A DNA stretch of 64,000 nt from Candidatus Magasanikbacteria bacterium CG_4_10_14_0_2_um_filter_33_14 (GTDB lineage: Bacteria; Patescibacteriota; Patescibacteriia; Magasanikbacterales; UBA922), in assembly GCA_002793035.1 (NCBI GenBank), contig PFPL01000045.1:9669-73668 (forward strand), given 5' to 3'. Made by a program: the position numbers and the translations under genes. The notes under the pieces were generated by a model. That model had not been told where the DNA came from. It saw nothing but the letters and a program-made list of their open reading frames with translations, and ran no database searches. Shown in pieces: positions 10,019 through 20,371 of this stretch; position 1 is the first letter of the stretch, and each line of letters opens with the position of its first letter.

Positions 10019-10055
10019 CCTGCGAGGAAAAAGAAAAGTTCTCTTTCCTCGCAGG
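10019..10055. other. GC-rich 12-bp-stem hairpin in a divergent intergenic region
   Basis: CCTGCGAGGAAA-N13-TTTCCTCGCAGG. Confidence 0.3.
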
Positions 10056-10185
10056 ACTTGGTTGTTGGTCCCTGTTTAGTTGTGTGTGATCCACTGGTAG
10101 CAATACTTAATGATTTTTTTGATGTTAAAAAAACTTTGTGTTATAATCAAATAAATTTTACAAATTAATTTTTTAAGGAGGGCAT

Positions 10186-13100
10186 ATGGATAAAAGATTT
10201 TTTGTTATAAAAAAATTTTATTTTTTAATTTTGGTTACACTCTTTTTGAGTGTTTTTTTATTTATTAATTTTGTGCGAGGTTCAAATAATGATATTGTCA
10301 TCACTGAAATTTGTCCGACTGGTTGTGCCAGTAGTGGTGAACAGTGGATAGAAATTTATAACAAAGGTAGTGAAGATGTCGATTTGTCTGGTTGGCGTTT
10401 TTGGGAAGCTGAAACTAACCATACACTAAGTATTAGTGTGAGTAGTACGATTCAAAGTTTTGTTTTGTCACCAGGAAGTTACGCTATAATCTCGCAAAAT
10501 GATATTACATTTTTTGATTTGCACCCAGAAGTTTCAATTTTGGTTTTAGATAGCTCTTGGAGTACTTTAAATAAAAGTGGTGAAGAAATTGGGATAAAAA
10601 TGGGTAGTGGAGATAGTGAATTCATTGAAAAATTTATTTATAAGTCAATTGAAAATAATTTTTCTTTAGAAAAAATTGATTACAATATTAATTCAACTGA
10701 CGAAAATAATTGGAAAGAGCATCCTGATGGAAATACTGTTGGAGGAAAGAATTATTGGTTTGTTGCAAATAATGATAACGACACAAATATTGTACCTGTT
10801 ACCAAAATTATTACCAATGGTACAGATTTTAAAATTGGAGAAGAAATAAATTTTGATGGTAGTCATTCGAGAGATAGTGATGGTCAAATTGTAGATTATA
10901 AATGGATTTTCGATAATAATACTTTGGCGACAAGCTCTGTTTTTTCTTACATCTTTCAAACAGTTGGACAATATGAAATTAGATTAGAGGTAACTGATAA
11001 TGATGGAGCAAAAGCGAGTGATACTTTTAATTTAAATATTTTAGAAGATTCAACTACCTCAACTTTATCAATAGGAACAACGAGTACGGATAATATTTTT
11101 TATAATATTGTTATCAACGAATTTGTGAGCGATCCTGTTTTGGAAGAAGATGAGTGGATAGAAATTTATAATAATTCTACTTCAACAATAGATCTAATAA
11201 ACTGGGAATTACATGAAGGTATCAAAGATAGTACTAGTACAAAAAAAATGAAAACTTTAGATAGTGTTTTGGAGGCTAATAGTTTTCTTGTTATTAATTT
11301 TAGTTCTAGTAAACTGAATAATTCAGGGGATAGAATTGTTTTTTATGATGATTTGGGAAATATTGTTGATCAAGTACGCTATGGAGATTGGATAGATCCA
11401 GATGATGAAAATTTGGCTGACAATGCACCTGCTACTTCAGATCCAAATGCAGTGGCGAGAATTGTAGATGGACAAAATATAGGAAATAATAAAAATGATT
11501 TTGCTGTAACAACTGAAAAAACACAAGGAGAACCAAATATTATCAAAGCACTTGTACCAGAATCAAATAATTCAAGCGGTGGAGGTGGTTCAAATTATAC
11601 ACCAATTAAAACTTACAGTCCGAAAAATATTTTGATAAATGAAATAGTTTCTGATCCTGCCGACGGTGAAGAAGAATTTGTTGAGTTGTATAACAACACT
11701 TCAGAAACTATAGATTTAACAAATTGGAAATTATCTGATGGAAGTGAAGCTGATACAATTTTGGATGGAGAAATATTGGCAAAAAAATATTTTGTTGTAG
11801 AAAAACCAAAAGGTAGTCTCAACAACGCGGGAGACTTAGTATTACTGACCGATCCTAGTGGACAAGAAATTGACAAAGTTGTCTATGGTACTTGGGATGA
11901 CGGAAATATTTATGACAATGCTTCTCCTGCCAATGATCCTTATTCACTTATCAGAAAAGTAGAAGGTCAAGATTCTGACAATGATTATTATGATTTTGTA
12001 ATTACTGATACTATCACCAAAAATGCCAAAAATATTTTTTCGATGAGTGGAGAAGAAAAAAGTTTAAATGAAAATATAATTTTACAAAGTAATATTGTTA
12101 TCAATGAAGTCTTTCCCAATCCAAAAGGTAGTGATAGTGAAGATGAATTCATTGAACTCTTTAACAAAGGGCAAGAGACTTTAGACTTGAAAGATTGGCA
12201 ACTATCTGATTCCACTAAGAAAAAATATACTATCAAGCAAGGAATTTTGAAACCAGGTGACTATTTTTTATTTAAACGTTCGATGACGGGTATTGCTCTC
12301 AATAATACAGGAGGAGACGAAGTAAAATTATATTCAGTGAGTGGCTCTGTAGTTGATCAAGTTAGTTATCCTGGTAGTGCAGAAGAAGACCTTAGTTATG
12401 TAAAAACTGAAGAGGGTAACTGGGTTTGGACGAGCAAAATCACTGCTGGCACTAAAAATATTATTGAAGGAAAAAGTGCTGAACCAATTATTGTAATTGA
12501 TGCTGACACTGAAGTCGCTGTTAACGAGTGGGTAACTTTTGATGCTTCTGATACTGTTAGTCCTGATGGTAAAAAACTTAGTTTCAATTGGGATTTCGCT
12601 GATGGTACTGATGATGAAGGTGCGAGTGTGGAACACAAATTTAGAGAAGAAGGCGTTTACTCTGTAACTTTGAAAGTCGATGATGGCACAAATAGTACTG
12701 AAAAACAAATTATAGTTACTGTAAAACTTAGTAGTGATTTTGTAGGAGGTTACAATGGTATAAGTGATGTTTTCAATTTACAAATTTCAGAAATTTTACC
12801 AAATCCTACTGGTTCGGACACTACAGAATTTATTGAACTATATAATCTAACTGATGAAACTATAGATATTTCAGGTTTGAAACTTGACGATGAAGAAGGT
12901 GGCTCCAAAGCTTATACAATTCCTGATAACACAATTATTCTAGCTCATGAATACAAGGTTTTTGGAAGACAAGATACCAAGTTGGCTTTGAACAACACTA
13001 GTGATTCTGTTCGTATTCTTTATCCTGATGGGACAATAATCAATGAAATAAGATTCGATGATGTGGTAGAAGGGGCCTCTTATGTACGTGATAGCGAGGG

Positions 13101-13959
13101 ATCTTGGCTTTGGACTAGTAACGTGACACCAGGAGCTGAAAATTTTGTAGCTGTTGTGCCACAAGTAAAAGGAACTAAAATTATTAAAGGAAAAAGTAAC
13201 GACATCAAACCTATTATCAACACGACTTTGTCCAAAGTTCGAGATGAAGATATTGGAGACTTAGTCTTTGTGACTGGCACAGTAGCGGTCGAGCCAGGCG
13301 TAATGGGAACACAATATTTTTATATTGTAAATGAAGTGGCAGGGGTGCAAGTATATATGTATAGCAAAGATTTTCCAAAATTAGAAATTGGTGATGAAGT
13401 TGAAATTACTGGTGAAATCACTGAGAGTGGCAATGAAACGAGAATAAAACTGAAAGAAAAAAGTGATATCAAAAAAATAGGGCATACAGATTTACCACAA
13501 GGACAAGTGGTTGAATTGGCGAATATAGGAGAAAGTTTTGAAGGGAGTTTAATAAAAGTAAATGGGGAAATTACTGAAATAAAAACTTCTTATATGTATG
13601 TAGATGATGGAACAGAAGAAATAAAAGTCTATTTCAAAGCTGGATCTGGAATTAAAAAAGATGTTTTTCGTGAAGGTGACTTGGTTGTTGTCACTGGACT
13701 TTTGCACCAAACTAAAACAGAGTATCAGCTTTTACCACGTACACAAAATGATATTATGAAAACTGGTGTAACTGAAGATTTTGTGACAAAACAAGAACAA
13801 GCTAAGAATCAAGATAATGCTGATATGGTCGAAAAATATTTGACTGCGACAGCAGGAGGTGTGACAGCAATATTTTTTGGGTTGTTTGCCAAGAATAGTG
13901 GTGGTAAGTTTTGGGAGAAAGTGAGGGGCTTTTTGAGAAAGATTTTTAGTAAAAAATAA
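10186..13959 (+). CDS. giant surface protein: five lamin-tail-domain (LTD) repeats, two PKD-like domains, two C-terminal OB-fold nucleic-acid-binding domains, C-terminal TM anchor
   Basis: Strong RBS AAGGAGGG. Repeated LTD signature I.INE...G..E(W/F)IE(I/L)YN...DL..W.L.D occurs five times. PKD-like DGSHSRDSDGQIVDYKWIF and FDASDTVSPDGKKLSFNWDF. OB-fold-like LVFVTGTVAVEPG...IGDEVEITGEI and GSLIKVNGEITEIK...GDLVVVTGLL. Hydrophobic C-terminus. Confidence 0.75.
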   Translation: MDKRFFVIKKFYFLILVTLFLSVFLFINFVRGSNNDIVITEICPTGCASSGEQWIEIYNKGSEDVDLSGWRFWEAETNHTLSISVSSTIQSFVLSPGSYAIISQNDITFFDLHPEVSILVLDSSWSTLNKSGEEIGIKMGSGDSEFIEKFIYKSIENNFSLEKIDYNINSTDENNWKEHPDGNTVGGKNYWFVANNDNDTNIVPVTKIITNGTDFKIGEEINFDGSHSRDSDGQIVDYKWIFDNNTLATSSVFSYIFQTVGQYEIRLEVTDNDGAKASDTFNLNILEDSTTSTLSIGTTSTDNIFYNIVINEFVSDPVLEEDEWIEIYNNSTSTIDLINWELHEGIKDSTSTKKMKTLDSVLEANSFLVINFSSSKLNNSGDRIVFYDDLGNIVDQVRYGDWIDPDDENLADNAPATSDPNAVARIVDGQNIGNNKNDFAVTTEKTQGEPNIIKALVPESNNSSGGGGSNYTPIKTYSPKNILINEIVSDPADGEEEFVELYNNTSETIDLTNWKLSDGSEADTILDGEILAKKYFVVEKPKGSLNNAGDLVLLTDPSGQEIDKVVYGTWDDGNIYDNASPANDPYSLIRKVEGQDSDNDYYDFVITDTITKNAKNIFSMSGEEKSLNENIILQSNIVINEVFPNPKGSDSEDEFIELFNKGQETLDLKDWQLSDSTKKKYTIKQGILKPGDYFLFKRSMTGIALNNTGGDEVKLYSVSGSVVDQVSYPGSAEEDLSYVKTEEGNWVWTSKITAGTKNIIEGKSAEPIIVIDADTEVAVNEWVTFDASDTVSPDGKKLSFNWDFADGTDDEGASVEHKFREEGVYSVTLKVDDGTNSTEKQIIVTVKLSSDFVGGYNGISDVFNLQISEILPNPTGSDTTEFIELYNLTDETIDISGLKLDDEEGGSKAYTIPDNTIILAHEYKVFGRQDTKLALNNTSDSVRILYPDGTIINEIRFDDVVEGASYVRDSEGSWLWTSNVTPGAENFVAVVPQVKGTKIIKGKSNDIKPIINTTLSKVRDEDIGDLVFVTGTVAVEPGVMGTQYFYIVNEVAGVQVYMYSKDFPKLEIGDEVEITGEITESGNETRIKLKEKSDIKKIGHTDLPQGQVVELANIGESFEGSLIKVNGEITEIKTSYMYVDDGTEEIKVYFKAGSGIKKDVFREGDLVVVTGLLHQTKTEYQLLPRTQNDIMKTGVTEDFVTKQEQAKNQDNADMVEKYLTATAGGVTAIFFGLFAKNSGGKFWEKVRGFLRKIFSKK

Positions 13960-14073
13960 TTTTATTATTTAGATAGTAGTTAACAATTATTAATTAATAA
14001 TTAGTAATTATTAATTTTTTCTAGAAGTTTTTCTGATTTTTTGTTATAATATGTTTGTGATTTAAAATTTTTC

Positions 14074-15774
14074 ATGATTGATAATATTTTTATACAAATT
14101 TCCGTACTACTTGGCATTACAGTGTCCGTGGCTTTTTTGATGCGTGTTTTGCGCCAGCCTTTACTTATTGCTTATTTGATAGCTGGTATTATTGCAGGGC
14201 CGTTATTTTTGAATTTATTACAAAGTGGTGGTCAGACTTTCGATGCTTTGGCAGAATTTGGTGTAGTTTTGCTTTTGTTTGTAGTTGGTCTTAGTTTGAA
14301 TATACAACATATTAAAAGTATTGGTAAAGTAGCCGTGATTGCTGGACTAGCGCAGGTAATTTTTACAGCATCTTTAGGTTTTCTTATTTTGTTGGCCATG
14401 AAGTTTCCAGCTTCTTCAGCTATTTATTTGGCTTTAGCTTTGACTTTTTCTAGTACTATTATAATTGTTAAATTATTGGCTGACAAAAAGGATACTGAGA
14501 GTGTATATGGGCGCTATACGATTGGTCTCATGGTTGTACAAGACATTGTGGCTATTTTTCTTATGATGATAATTACTTCTCTTGGTCAAGGTAATAATAT
14601 TTGGATAGAAATAGGTGAGCTCGTGGGTAAAATATTTATTTTAGTGGGTTTTGTAGGTTTTACGGCTAGATATATTGTCCCAAAAATTTTGCAAAGCGTG
14701 GCTAAGTCTGGAGAGTTTCTTTTTATTTTTACGTTGACCTGGTGTTTTGGTATTGCTAGTTTACTTTATTGGTTGGGCTTTTCACTAGAAATTGGTGCTA
14801 TAGTGGCCGGACTGACTCTTGGCTCATCACCATTTCAATCAGAAATTTCTAGTCGTATTAAGCCTTTGCGAGATTTTTTTATTGTGATATTTTTTATCAT
14901 TTTGGGTAGTGAGATGGCTTTAAGTAATTTGGGAGATATTTGGTTACCAGGTTTAGTTTTATCTCTTTTTATTTTGATTGGCAATCCTTTTGTTCTTTAT
15001 TGGGCTTTTCGTTCCCAAAAATTTACCAGACGTAATAGTTTTTTAGCTGGTGTTACCGCCGCTCAGGTTAGTGAATTTGGTTTTGTGTTACTTATCGTGG
15101 GTAGAAATTTGGGGCATGTAATGGGAGCAGAATTGGAGGTCTTTACCATTGTGGCGTTGACCACTATTATTGTGTCTTCTTATTTGATTACTTATAGCGA
15201 GAAAATTTTTGAATTTTTGCGACCATTATTTAATCTGTTTGGGCCAGATAAGCATAGACAACGAGAAAAAAAACCAGAAATATTTAGCAACTGGGTTTTT
15301 GGCTACCATCGTATTGGTTGGAAAGTCTGTGAAGCCTTTTCGGAAAAAAATATGAAATATGCAGTAGTGGATTTCAATCCTGAAGCAGTGAAAACTTTGA
15401 AAAACAGAGGAATATCTGTATTTTTTGGGGATGTCAGTGATGTAGAATTTTTGGAGAGTCTTCCTTTGGAAAAAGCCAAGATGATAGTCTGTACTATACC
15501 AAGTGCTGAGGATCAAATAACTTTGTTTAAGCACATTAGAAAAATAAATAAGGGAGTGATTTTGGTGGGTAATTTGTATTATAATACTTATTTGGATGAT
15601 TTGTATGAAGCAGGAGCTAATTATGTTATGATGACTCATTTGTTGGGTGGTAGCTGGATTGCTGAGGTTATCAAAAATAAAACTTGGACAGATAAGACCT
15701 TTCAAGATCTTCGTAAAGATCAAAAAGAAGAAATGAAACTTCACTTCACTTCAGGAATTAATGAGACAAAATAG
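14074..15774 (+). CDS. CPA2-family cation/proton antiporter with C-terminal RCK/TrkA-N domain
   Basis: About 12 TM helices; C-terminal Rossmann-like VVDFNPEAVKTLKNRGISVFFGDVSD. Confidence 0.8.
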   Translation: MIDNIFIQISVLLGITVSVAFLMRVLRQPLLIAYLIAGIIAGPLFLNLLQSGGQTFDALAEFGVVLLLFVVGLSLNIQHIKSIGKVAVIAGLAQVIFTASLGFLILLAMKFPASSAIYLALALTFSSTIIIVKLLADKKDTESVYGRYTIGLMVVQDIVAIFLMMIITSLGQGNNIWIEIGELVGKIFILVGFVGFTARYIVPKILQSVAKSGEFLFIFTLTWCFGIASLLYWLGFSLEIGAIVAGLTLGSSPFQSEISSRIKPLRDFFIVIFFIILGSEMALSNLGDIWLPGLVLSLFILIGNPFVLYWAFRSQKFTRRNSFLAGVTAAQVSEFGFVLLIVGRNLGHVMGAELEVFTIVALTTIIVSSYLITYSEKIFEFLRPLFNLFGPDKHRQREKKPEIFSNWVFGYHRIGWKVCEAFSEKNMKYAVVDFNPEAVKTLKNRGISVFFGDVSDVEFLESLPLEKAKMIVCTIPSAEDQITLFKHIRKINKGVILVGNLYYNTYLDDLYEAGANYVMMTHLLGGSWIAEVIKNKTWTDKTFQDLRKDQKEEMKLHFTSGINETK

Positions 15775-15900
15775 GCTTGTGGAAGGAATAGTTATAAGTA
15801 TTGACTTTTTATTACATTATTGATATAATTTTCTCGTCTAAAAAAGTCTTATATCTCTTATGTAATTCGTAGCTTTTATGAATTATCCAAAGATATATAT

Positions 15901-15973
15901 GGGCCAGTAGCTCATCTGGTAGAGCGCCGCCCTTGCACGGCGGATGTGGCGGGTTCGAGTCCTGTCTGGTCCA
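15901..15973 (+). tRNA. tRNA-Ala (TGC)
   Basis: Acceptor GGGCCAG/CTGGTCC, D-arm GCTCA..AGAGC, anticodon loop CTTGCAC (TGC), T-loop TTCGAGT; CCA not encoded. Confidence 0.85.
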
Positions 15974-16031
15974 CAAGGCTTCGCTACGCTATGCCTTGTA
16001 AACTTATTAGTTTATAATATAGCGTTCGGAA

Positions 16032-16298
16032 TTGATTAAGTTTATCAGTATATTTATGTTATATTTTGTTTATATAATAAAGTGTGCTGATGACTCTTTT
16101 TATATAGGCCTTACTTCAAATTTGAATAGACGAATAAAACAAAATTCCGATGGTATAAAAAGTTGTTTGTCTAGTAAACAAAAACCTGTAAAATTAGTTT
16201 TCTTTTCTGCTTTTCCAAATAAATATATTACTGCTAAGTTTGAGAAGTACTTAAAAACTCATTCTGGCAGGAATTTTCGTGGTAAACATTTTATATAG
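16032..16298 (+). CDS. GIY-YIG nuclease superfamily small protein (UPF0213-like)
   Basis: YFVYIIKCADDSFYIGLTSNLNRRIKQ matches the GIY-YIG signature; start may be the internal ATG (MLYFVY) at 16056. Confidence 0.7.
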   Translation: MIKFISIFMLYFVYIIKCADDSFYIGLTSNLNRRIKQNSDGIKSCLSSKQKPVKLVFFSAFPNKYITAKFEKYLKTHSGRNFRGKHFI

Positions 16299-16329
16299 TT
16301 GCTTGCTCGGCAGAGCGAAGCGACGACGA

Positions 16330-16404
16330 GCCGAGGTAGCTCAGTGGTAGAGCAGTGGACTGAAAATCCTCGTGTCGGGAGTTCAATTCTCCCCCTCGGC
16401 ACCA
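16330..16404 (+). tRNA. tRNA-Phe (GAA)
   Basis: Acceptor GCCGAGG/CCTCGGC, anticodon loop CTGAAAA, T-arm GGGAG-TTCAATT-CTCCC, CCA encoded. Confidence 0.85.
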
Positions 16405-16505
16405 GTCTTCGTCAGGAGTATTTTCTCCTGACTACACCTGGTAAACGAATTTCTTTTTTAGAAATAGTTTACGAGGCGTAGCCTGATGAAATCAGGACGA
16501 AGCCT

Positions 16506-16579
16506 CGGAGTGTAGCTCAGTTGGCTAGAGCACTGCGTTTGGGACGCAGGGGTCGAAGGTTCAAGTCCTTTCACTCCGA
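16506..16579 (+). tRNA. tRNA-Pro (TGG)
   Basis: Acceptor CGGAGTG/CACTCCG, anticodon loop TTTGGGA, T-loop TTCAAGT. Confidence 0.85.
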
Positions 16580-16680
16580 CAAATTTTATAAGAAACTTTC
16601 CAAAGATGGAAAGTTTTTTGTTAGACAAATATTTGAAATTGTTATAAAGTTAATGAAAATAATTTATAAATTTTAAAAAT

Positions 16681-17253
16681 ATGGATATAGAATTTGAAGC
16701 TACGTTTATTGATATAGATTTAGATATCTTTCGTAAAAAATTGAAAAGTGTCGGAGCCGAGTTAATCAATCCAGAACGATTGATGAAAAGAGTTGTTTTT
16801 GATCCACCTCAAGATATGGCGGGAGCTTGGTTGCGTGTACGTGATGAAGGTGACAAAATTACGATGAGTATCAAACAAGTTACAGGAAACAAAATCGATG
16901 AACAAAAAGAGACGGAGTTAATAATTGATAATTTTGAAGAGGGTGTGAAATTTTTGGAATCAATTGGTGGTAAGAAAAAATCTTACCAAGAAAACAAGAG
17001 AGAATCTTGGTTGTATAGAGAGGCTAAGATAGAGATTGATACTTGGCCTGGGCTTGAATCCTTTGTTGAAGTTGAGGCAAAGTCAGAAAAAATGGTAAAA
17101 AGTATTTCTGAAGATTTGGGATTGGACTTTTCAAAAGGACTTTTTGGTTCTGTTGAGATTGTATACAAAATAAAATTAGGAATACCTCCCAAAGTTATAA
17201 ATGATGAAACACCAGAAATAACTTTTGAGAATCCACCATTACAATATAAATAA
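16681..17253 (+). CDS. CYTH-domain protein (class IV adenylate cyclase / triphosphatase family)
   Basis: 190 aa; N-terminal MDIEFEATFIDID and alternating acidic beta-strand pattern typical of CYTH. Confidence 0.6.
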   Translation: MDIEFEATFIDIDLDIFRKKLKSVGAELINPERLMKRVVFDPPQDMAGAWLRVRDEGDKITMSIKQVTGNKIDEQKETELIIDNFEEGVKFLESIGGKKKSYQENKRESWLYREAKIEIDTWPGLESFVEVEAKSEKMVKSISEDLGLDFSKGLFGSVEIVYKIKLGIPPKVINDETPEITFENPPLQYK

Positions 17254-17263
17254 TAATTTTTAT

Positions 17264-17719
17264 ATGTCAGACAAAAATACAAAATCATTATTCAAAGAAA
17301 CCTACTTGTCAGTAATAAAAAATAGTGTTGGAACCAAAAGTTTTCAAAATTTTTATGCTAAAATAAATAATAAAAAACAAGATATTATGAATGGTGGAGA
17401 ATTGTCTTGTGCTTTTTTTGTTTCTTCAATTACAACTATGTTTGGTTTATCTGCTAGAGTTCACGGAACTGTTGATAATGCTGTAAAAGATTTTTTAAAT
17501 TTTGGTTGGGTTGAAATTAAAAAACCTCGTATTGGTGCAATTTTAATTTGGGAAGATTTGAATTTTGAAGGAGAGAAACACAAACATATTGGTTTTTATA
17601 TTACAAAGGATGAGGCCATTAGTAATAATAGTGTGAAAAAAGTTCCACAAAAACACTCTTGGGATTTCAAAGGTAAGAGAAAAGTTGTAAAGATTTTGTG
17701 GAATGAAAAATTGAAATAA
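17264..17719 (+). CDS. hypothetical protein (possible Cys/His hydrolase-like)
   Basis: 151 aa from the internal ATG (MSDKNTKS), avoiding overlap with the upstream gene; no family recognised. Confidence 0.4.
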   Translation: MSDKNTKSLFKETYLSVIKNSVGTKSFQNFYAKINNKKQDIMNGGELSCAFFVSSITTMFGLSARVHGTVDNAVKDFLNFGWVEIKKPRIGAILIWEDLNFEGEKHKHIGFYITKDEAISNNSVKKVPQKHSWDFKGKRKVVKILWNEKLK

Positions 17720-17786
17720 TAATAAAAAAAGATTGAATTATAAATTTAATCTTTTTTTATTTCTTAATTTTATAACACTTAATTTA

Positions 17787-19310
17787 TTATTCCACCTTCG
17801 CTCGATACTGCAAAGCTTCCGCCACATGCTCGGTGGCAATATCTTCTACTCCAGCAAGATCAGCAATTGTTCTGGCTAGTTTTAGGATTCTATGATAACT
17901 ACGAGCAGAAAGATTCATGTGAGTAACAGCTTGTCTGAGTAAATCAATCGAATTATCATTTAGTTTACAAAAGTTTTTGATGTCTTTGTTTTTCATTTCG
18001 CTATTTGAACTATAAGAACTATTTTCAAATCTTTTGTTTTGAATTTCTCTAGCTTTTTCTACACGTTCACGAATTTTTTCTGAAGTCTCGGACATTGTGT
18101 CACCAGAAAGTTTTTCAAAAGGAACACGAGGTACTTCAACATGCAGGTCAATTCTATCGAGTAGGGGGCCACTGATTTTCTTTCTATACTTTTCTATTTG
18201 CAGTGGACTACAACTACAATTTTTATCAGGGTCGCTGGCATATCCACAAGGGCAAGGGTTTTGACTGGCAACTAGTGTAAAGCTCGCTGGGAAGCTCACA
18301 GTGCCTTGTGCGCGAGAAATAGTGACCACACCGTCTTCTAGTGGTTGTCTTAGATTTTCCAATACTAAGCGAGGGAATTCAGGAAATTCATCGAGGAAAA
18401 GTATGCCACGATGAGACAAAGAAATTTCGCCAGGTCTTGGATATTTTCCTCCACCAACTAGGGCGACAGCGGAAGCAGAGTGATGTGGTGTGCGAAATGG
18501 CCTTTGACTTATTATTGGTTTGTCTGGGGGGAGCATGCCCGCCACAGAATAGATTTTGGTGACCTCAATTGCTTCTTTGGTTGTCATTTGTGGCAGTATG
18601 GAAGGTAGAGTTCTTGCAAGCAAAGTTTTACCAGAACCAGGAGGTCCTGATAGTAAAATGTTGTGTCCACCGCTGGCCGCAATTTCCAAACCACGTTTGG
18701 CAAACTCTTGGCCTTTGACATAAGCCATGTCTAGTTCGTTGACAGGATTTTCAAACCATTCTTCTAGAGAAATGTTTTCCATTTTTTTTATTTCAGCTTC
18801 ACCTAGAATATGGTTTATTACTTCTGCAAAAGTTTTTACAGGATAAATATTTATGCCATGAATGATAGCAGCCTCTTTAGCATTGGCTTCTGGGACAAAA
18901 ATATTTTTATAACCTTTGTCTCGTGCGAAAATAGCCAAAGGAAGAATACCGTTGGTGTGTCGCAGAGTCCCGTCCAAAGCTAGCTCACCCACAAAAATAC
19001 TATCTTGCAAATTGATAGTAGTTAGTTTTTCTGAAGAGACATACATGCCGATAGCAATCGGTAAATCATAAGCAGTTCCTTCCTTACGGACGTCAGCAGG
19101 GGCTAGATTGATAATAATTCTACTATTGTTTGGGAAAGAAAGATTGGTGTTTTTCCATGCAGTTCTTATTCTTTCTTTGGCTTCTTGAATGGCCGTGTCT
19201 GGTAATCCTACTATTTGAAAACCTGGCCAACTACCTGAGATATCTACTTCCACTTCAATAGGAGTACAGTCTAAGCCCAAAATAGCGACAGAATTTATTT
19301 TTATAAACAT
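17787..19310 (-). CDS. comM: YifB/ComM family Mg-chelatase-like AAA+ ATPase (competence protein ComM)
   Basis: 507 aa; N-terminal Lon-like domain, Walker A GPPGSGKT, ChlI-type AAA domain, C-terminal helical domain. Confidence 0.85.
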   Translation of the reverse strand: MFIKINSVAILGLDCTPIEVEVDISGSWPGFQIVGLPDTAIQEAKERIRTAWKNTNLSFPNNSRIIINLAPADVRKEGTAYDLPIAIGMYVSSEKLTTINLQDSIFVGELALDGTLRHTNGILPLAIFARDKGYKNIFVPEANAKEAAIIHGINIYPVKTFAEVINHILGEAEIKKMENISLEEWFENPVNELDMAYVKGQEFAKRGLEIAASGGHNILLSGPPGSGKTLLARTLPSILPQMTTKEAIEVTKIYSVAGMLPPDKPIISQRPFRTPHHSASAVALVGGGKYPRPGEISLSHRGILFLDEFPEFPRLVLENLRQPLEDGVVTISRAQGTVSFPASFTLVASQNPCPCGYASDPDKNCSCSPLQIEKYRKKISGPLLDRIDLHVEVPRVPFEKLSGDTMSETSEKIRERVEKAREIQNKRFENSSYSSNSEMKNKDIKNFCKLNDNSIDLLRQAVTHMNLSARSYHRILKLARTIADLAGVEDIATEHVAEALQYRAKVE

Positions 19311-19440
19311 AAAGAAGTTTATTAGTTGATTGGTTTAATAGATTATTTGTTAATATATAAATTATAAAAAAATCTTCCCTTGCTGGAAGACTTTATTTGA
19401 AACTTATCTAATGCCCTCCAGCAAGAAATTGTTTTTTATA

Positions 19441-19878
19441 TTATTTACTTTTTTTATTTTTACTTAATAATAAAACCGCTCCAATTACAATAGTAATATC
19501 AGCTAGATTCATGACAGAAGTTAGAACACGAAAGTAATCGATAGTAATAGAAAAAACAATTCTATCAATAAGATTGGAAATGGCTCCAGCAAAGATAAGA
19601 CAGACTCCTAGATAGAAATGATTTGTTTTGTGTGTATTTTTATTCCACCAATAGGCTAGAGCTAGTAAAATAAGAGGTGTTAATAGTAATATAAAAAACT
19701 GTGGCACAGGTAGTCCAAAGGCAATGCCAGGATTAGGGAAGTATTCCCAGCCAAGCCAAGGCTTCAAGAGATAAAAACGAAAACTTTGATTGTGAAAAGC
19801 CAAGTATTTGAGAAATTGATCTAATACAAACAAAAAACCACTTAGCAGAAAATATATCTTCAAGTGGTTTGATTTCAT
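19441..19878 (-). CDS. lspA: lipoprotein signal peptidase II
   Basis: 145 aa, 4 TM; conserved NPGIAFG and ISNLIDR...LADITIVIGA blocks. Confidence 0.75.
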   Translation of the reverse strand: MKSNHLKIYFLLSGFLFVLDQFLKYLAFHNQSFRFYLLKPWLGWEYFPNPGIAFGLPVPQFFILLLTPLILLALAYWWNKNTHKTNHFYLGVCLIFAGAISNLIDRIVFSITIDYFRVLTSVMNLADITIVIGAVLLLSKNKKSK

Positions 19879-19899
19879 ATTAAAACTTTGAAAAGCTAA

Positions 19900-20286
19900 T
19901 TAAAGCTCTTGAGTGATAGTCTTTTTACAACTAACACAAGAACCAGAAGTAGGTCTTGCACGCAATCTTTTTTCTTCAATAGGTTGTTTACAGTATTTAC
20001 AAATACCATAAGTACCTGCTTTGATAGATTTCAAAGCCTTGTCTACATCTTTCAATTCTTTTTCAAGTTGTAGTTCTACAGGTTTGTTCGCTAAGTATTC
20101 TGTGACTTCTTGGGTGTTTTCGTCCACATCGTCGCCATATTCAGAGTAAGATGTTTCATATTCATCAGCTACATGTGGATCTTTTTTTGCAAATTTATCT
20201 AATTCAGCTACTAATTTAGCTCTTTGTTCGGTAATTAAAGTTTCCATCTCTTTGATAAGTTGTGGATCTAGTGTTATTTTTGTCAT
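19900..20286 (-). CDS. DksA/TraR-family C4 zinc-finger protein
   Basis: C-terminal CKYCKQPIEEKRLRARPTSGSCVSC; coiled-coil N-terminus. Confidence 0.7.
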   Translation of the reverse strand: MTKITLDPQLIKEMETLITEQRAKLVAELDKFAKKDPHVADEYETSYSEYGDDVDENTQEVTEYLANKPVELQLEKELKDVDKALKSIKAGTYGICKYCKQPIEEKRLRARPTSGSCVSCKKTITQEL

Positions 20287-20371
20287 ATTATTTTATTGTT
20301 TTTATAGGAAAATTATATAATAATTTAGCTAAAAAGGCAAGAGGGGAAGTTTTATTTTTAATTTTGGCAAA

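Noticed and set aside
9950-10168. 72-aa ORF spanning the intergenic hairpin
   Set aside because: Contains the GC hairpin and no RBS; it sits in the leader of the LTD gene.
16299-16481. 60-aa ORF
   Set aside because: Overlaps tRNA-Phe and its spacer; translation is tRNA-derived.
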